64,000 nucleotides of DNA, taken from positions 1,056-65,055 of the forward strand of contig CALCSX010000173.1 of NCBI GenBank assembly GCA_937894165.1. Reading direction: 5' to 3'. Numbering within the stretch: position 1 is the first letter of the stretch; the number at the start of each line of letters is the position of its first letter. The DNA is from an uncultured Saprospiraceae bacterium (GTDB lineage: Bacteria > Bacteroidota > Bacteroidia > Chitinophagales > Saprospiraceae). Under the pieces are notes generated by a model. It was given only the letters and a program-made list of their open reading frames with translations, was not told where the DNA came from and searched no databases. Made by a program: the position numbers and the translations under genes. Below are positions 63,578 to 64,000 of the stretch, in pieces.

Positions 63578-63609
63578 GGAGTGCAAATATATAAATATAA
63601 ATGCACTCC
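63578..63609 (-). promoter_or_regulatory. Hairpin in the fusA-rpsJ spacer whose stem and loop together contain a TAnnTTTG box
   Basis: An 8-bp stem ggagtgca/tgcactcc encloses a 16-nt AT loop. On the minus strand the 8-mer TATATTTG lies at 63584-63591, spanning the stem-loop boundary, about 60 nt upstream of the rpsJ ATG. Confidence 0.3.
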
Positions 63610-63642
63610 CCAAACATTTTATTAATTATTTTTAAACTTTTT

Positions 63643-64000
63643 TTAGGCGTTGATCGCCCCCTTAGCTTTCTCTATGATTTCAGTTGAAATATTCGTCGGC
63701 GCTTGCGCAAAATGAGAGAATTCCATCGTTGAATTCGCACGTCCCGAAGTAATAGTTCTCAACTGAGTAACATAGCCAAACATCTCTGATAAAGGCACAT
63801 CTGCTTTAATCGCTACAGCGCCTCCCATTCTTGATTCCTGCCCTTTCGGCAATCCTCTTCTCTTGTTCAAGTCACCGATAACAGGTCCTACATATTCCTC
63901 CGGAGTTACGATTTCGATTTTCATGATCGGCTCAAGAATTACAGGCTTGGTCTTTGGAGCTGCTGCTCTAAATCCTTCCTTCGCACATAATTCAAATGCT
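63643..64000 (-). CDS. fusA: Elongation factor G, C-terminal part (5' end of the gene lies beyond the window)
   Basis: The frame stays open to the window edge. 'EPIMKIEIVTPEEYVGPVIGDLNKRRG' and 'PLSEMFGYVTQLRTITSGRA' are EF-G domain V blocks. It lies upstream of rpsJ. Confidence 0.93.
   Translation of the reverse strand, partial: AFELCAKEGFRAAAPKTKPVILEPIMKIEIVTPEEYVGPVIGDLNKRRGLPKGQESRMGGAVAIKADVPLSEMFGYVTQLRTITSGRANSTMEFSHFAQAPTNISTEIIEKAKGAINA

Overview
This is an AT-rich chromosomal segment from a Bacteroidota organism. The assignment rests on T9SS C-terminal sorting domains, SprB repeats, TAnnTTTG-type promoter boxes, and the gene orders fusA-rpsJ and rplQ-carA-eno-ftsB-like. Most of the window is core housekeeping. 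It holds the complete S10/spc/alpha ribosomal-protein super-operon, from the fusA 3' end through rpsJ, secY, map, infA, rpmJ and rpoA to rplQ (about 48.2-64.0 kb). It also holds rimP-nusA-infB, uvrA, priA, recO, a class A PBP, typA, sucD, eno, carA, a fused 2-oxoacid dehydrogenase E1, an acyl-CoA dehydrogenase and one tRNA-Ala(GGC). I found no CRISPR array, transposase, integrase, phage gene or recognisable defence or toxin module. The non-core content falls into six groups. (1) At 0.2-6.8 kb there are three SAM methyltransferases, a glycosyltransferase and a 994-aa mosaic T9SS metzincin. (2) At 33.3-37.7 kb there is a cluster of outer-membrane barrel, DUF1800 and DUF1501. The DUF1800 gene carries one in-frame TAA, and the DUF1501 protein combines a twin-arginine signal with a T9SS-type C-terminal domain. 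This is the best candidate here for an undescribed system. (3) An alanine/sodium symporter has an N-terminal SprB repeat and an inserted lysine-less lipoyl-like domain. (4) A PKD/T9SS protein lies at 42.2-44.0 kb. (5) A GH3-family gene, a 103-aa ORF and recO are tightly packed. (6) A low-copy GC-rich motif family and structured repeats sit in the gaps between convergent genes (14.1, 37.7-38.1 and 40.9 kb). All calls come from reading the translations and the DNA by eye. No searches were run, and hairpin and motif coordinates were derived by hand.
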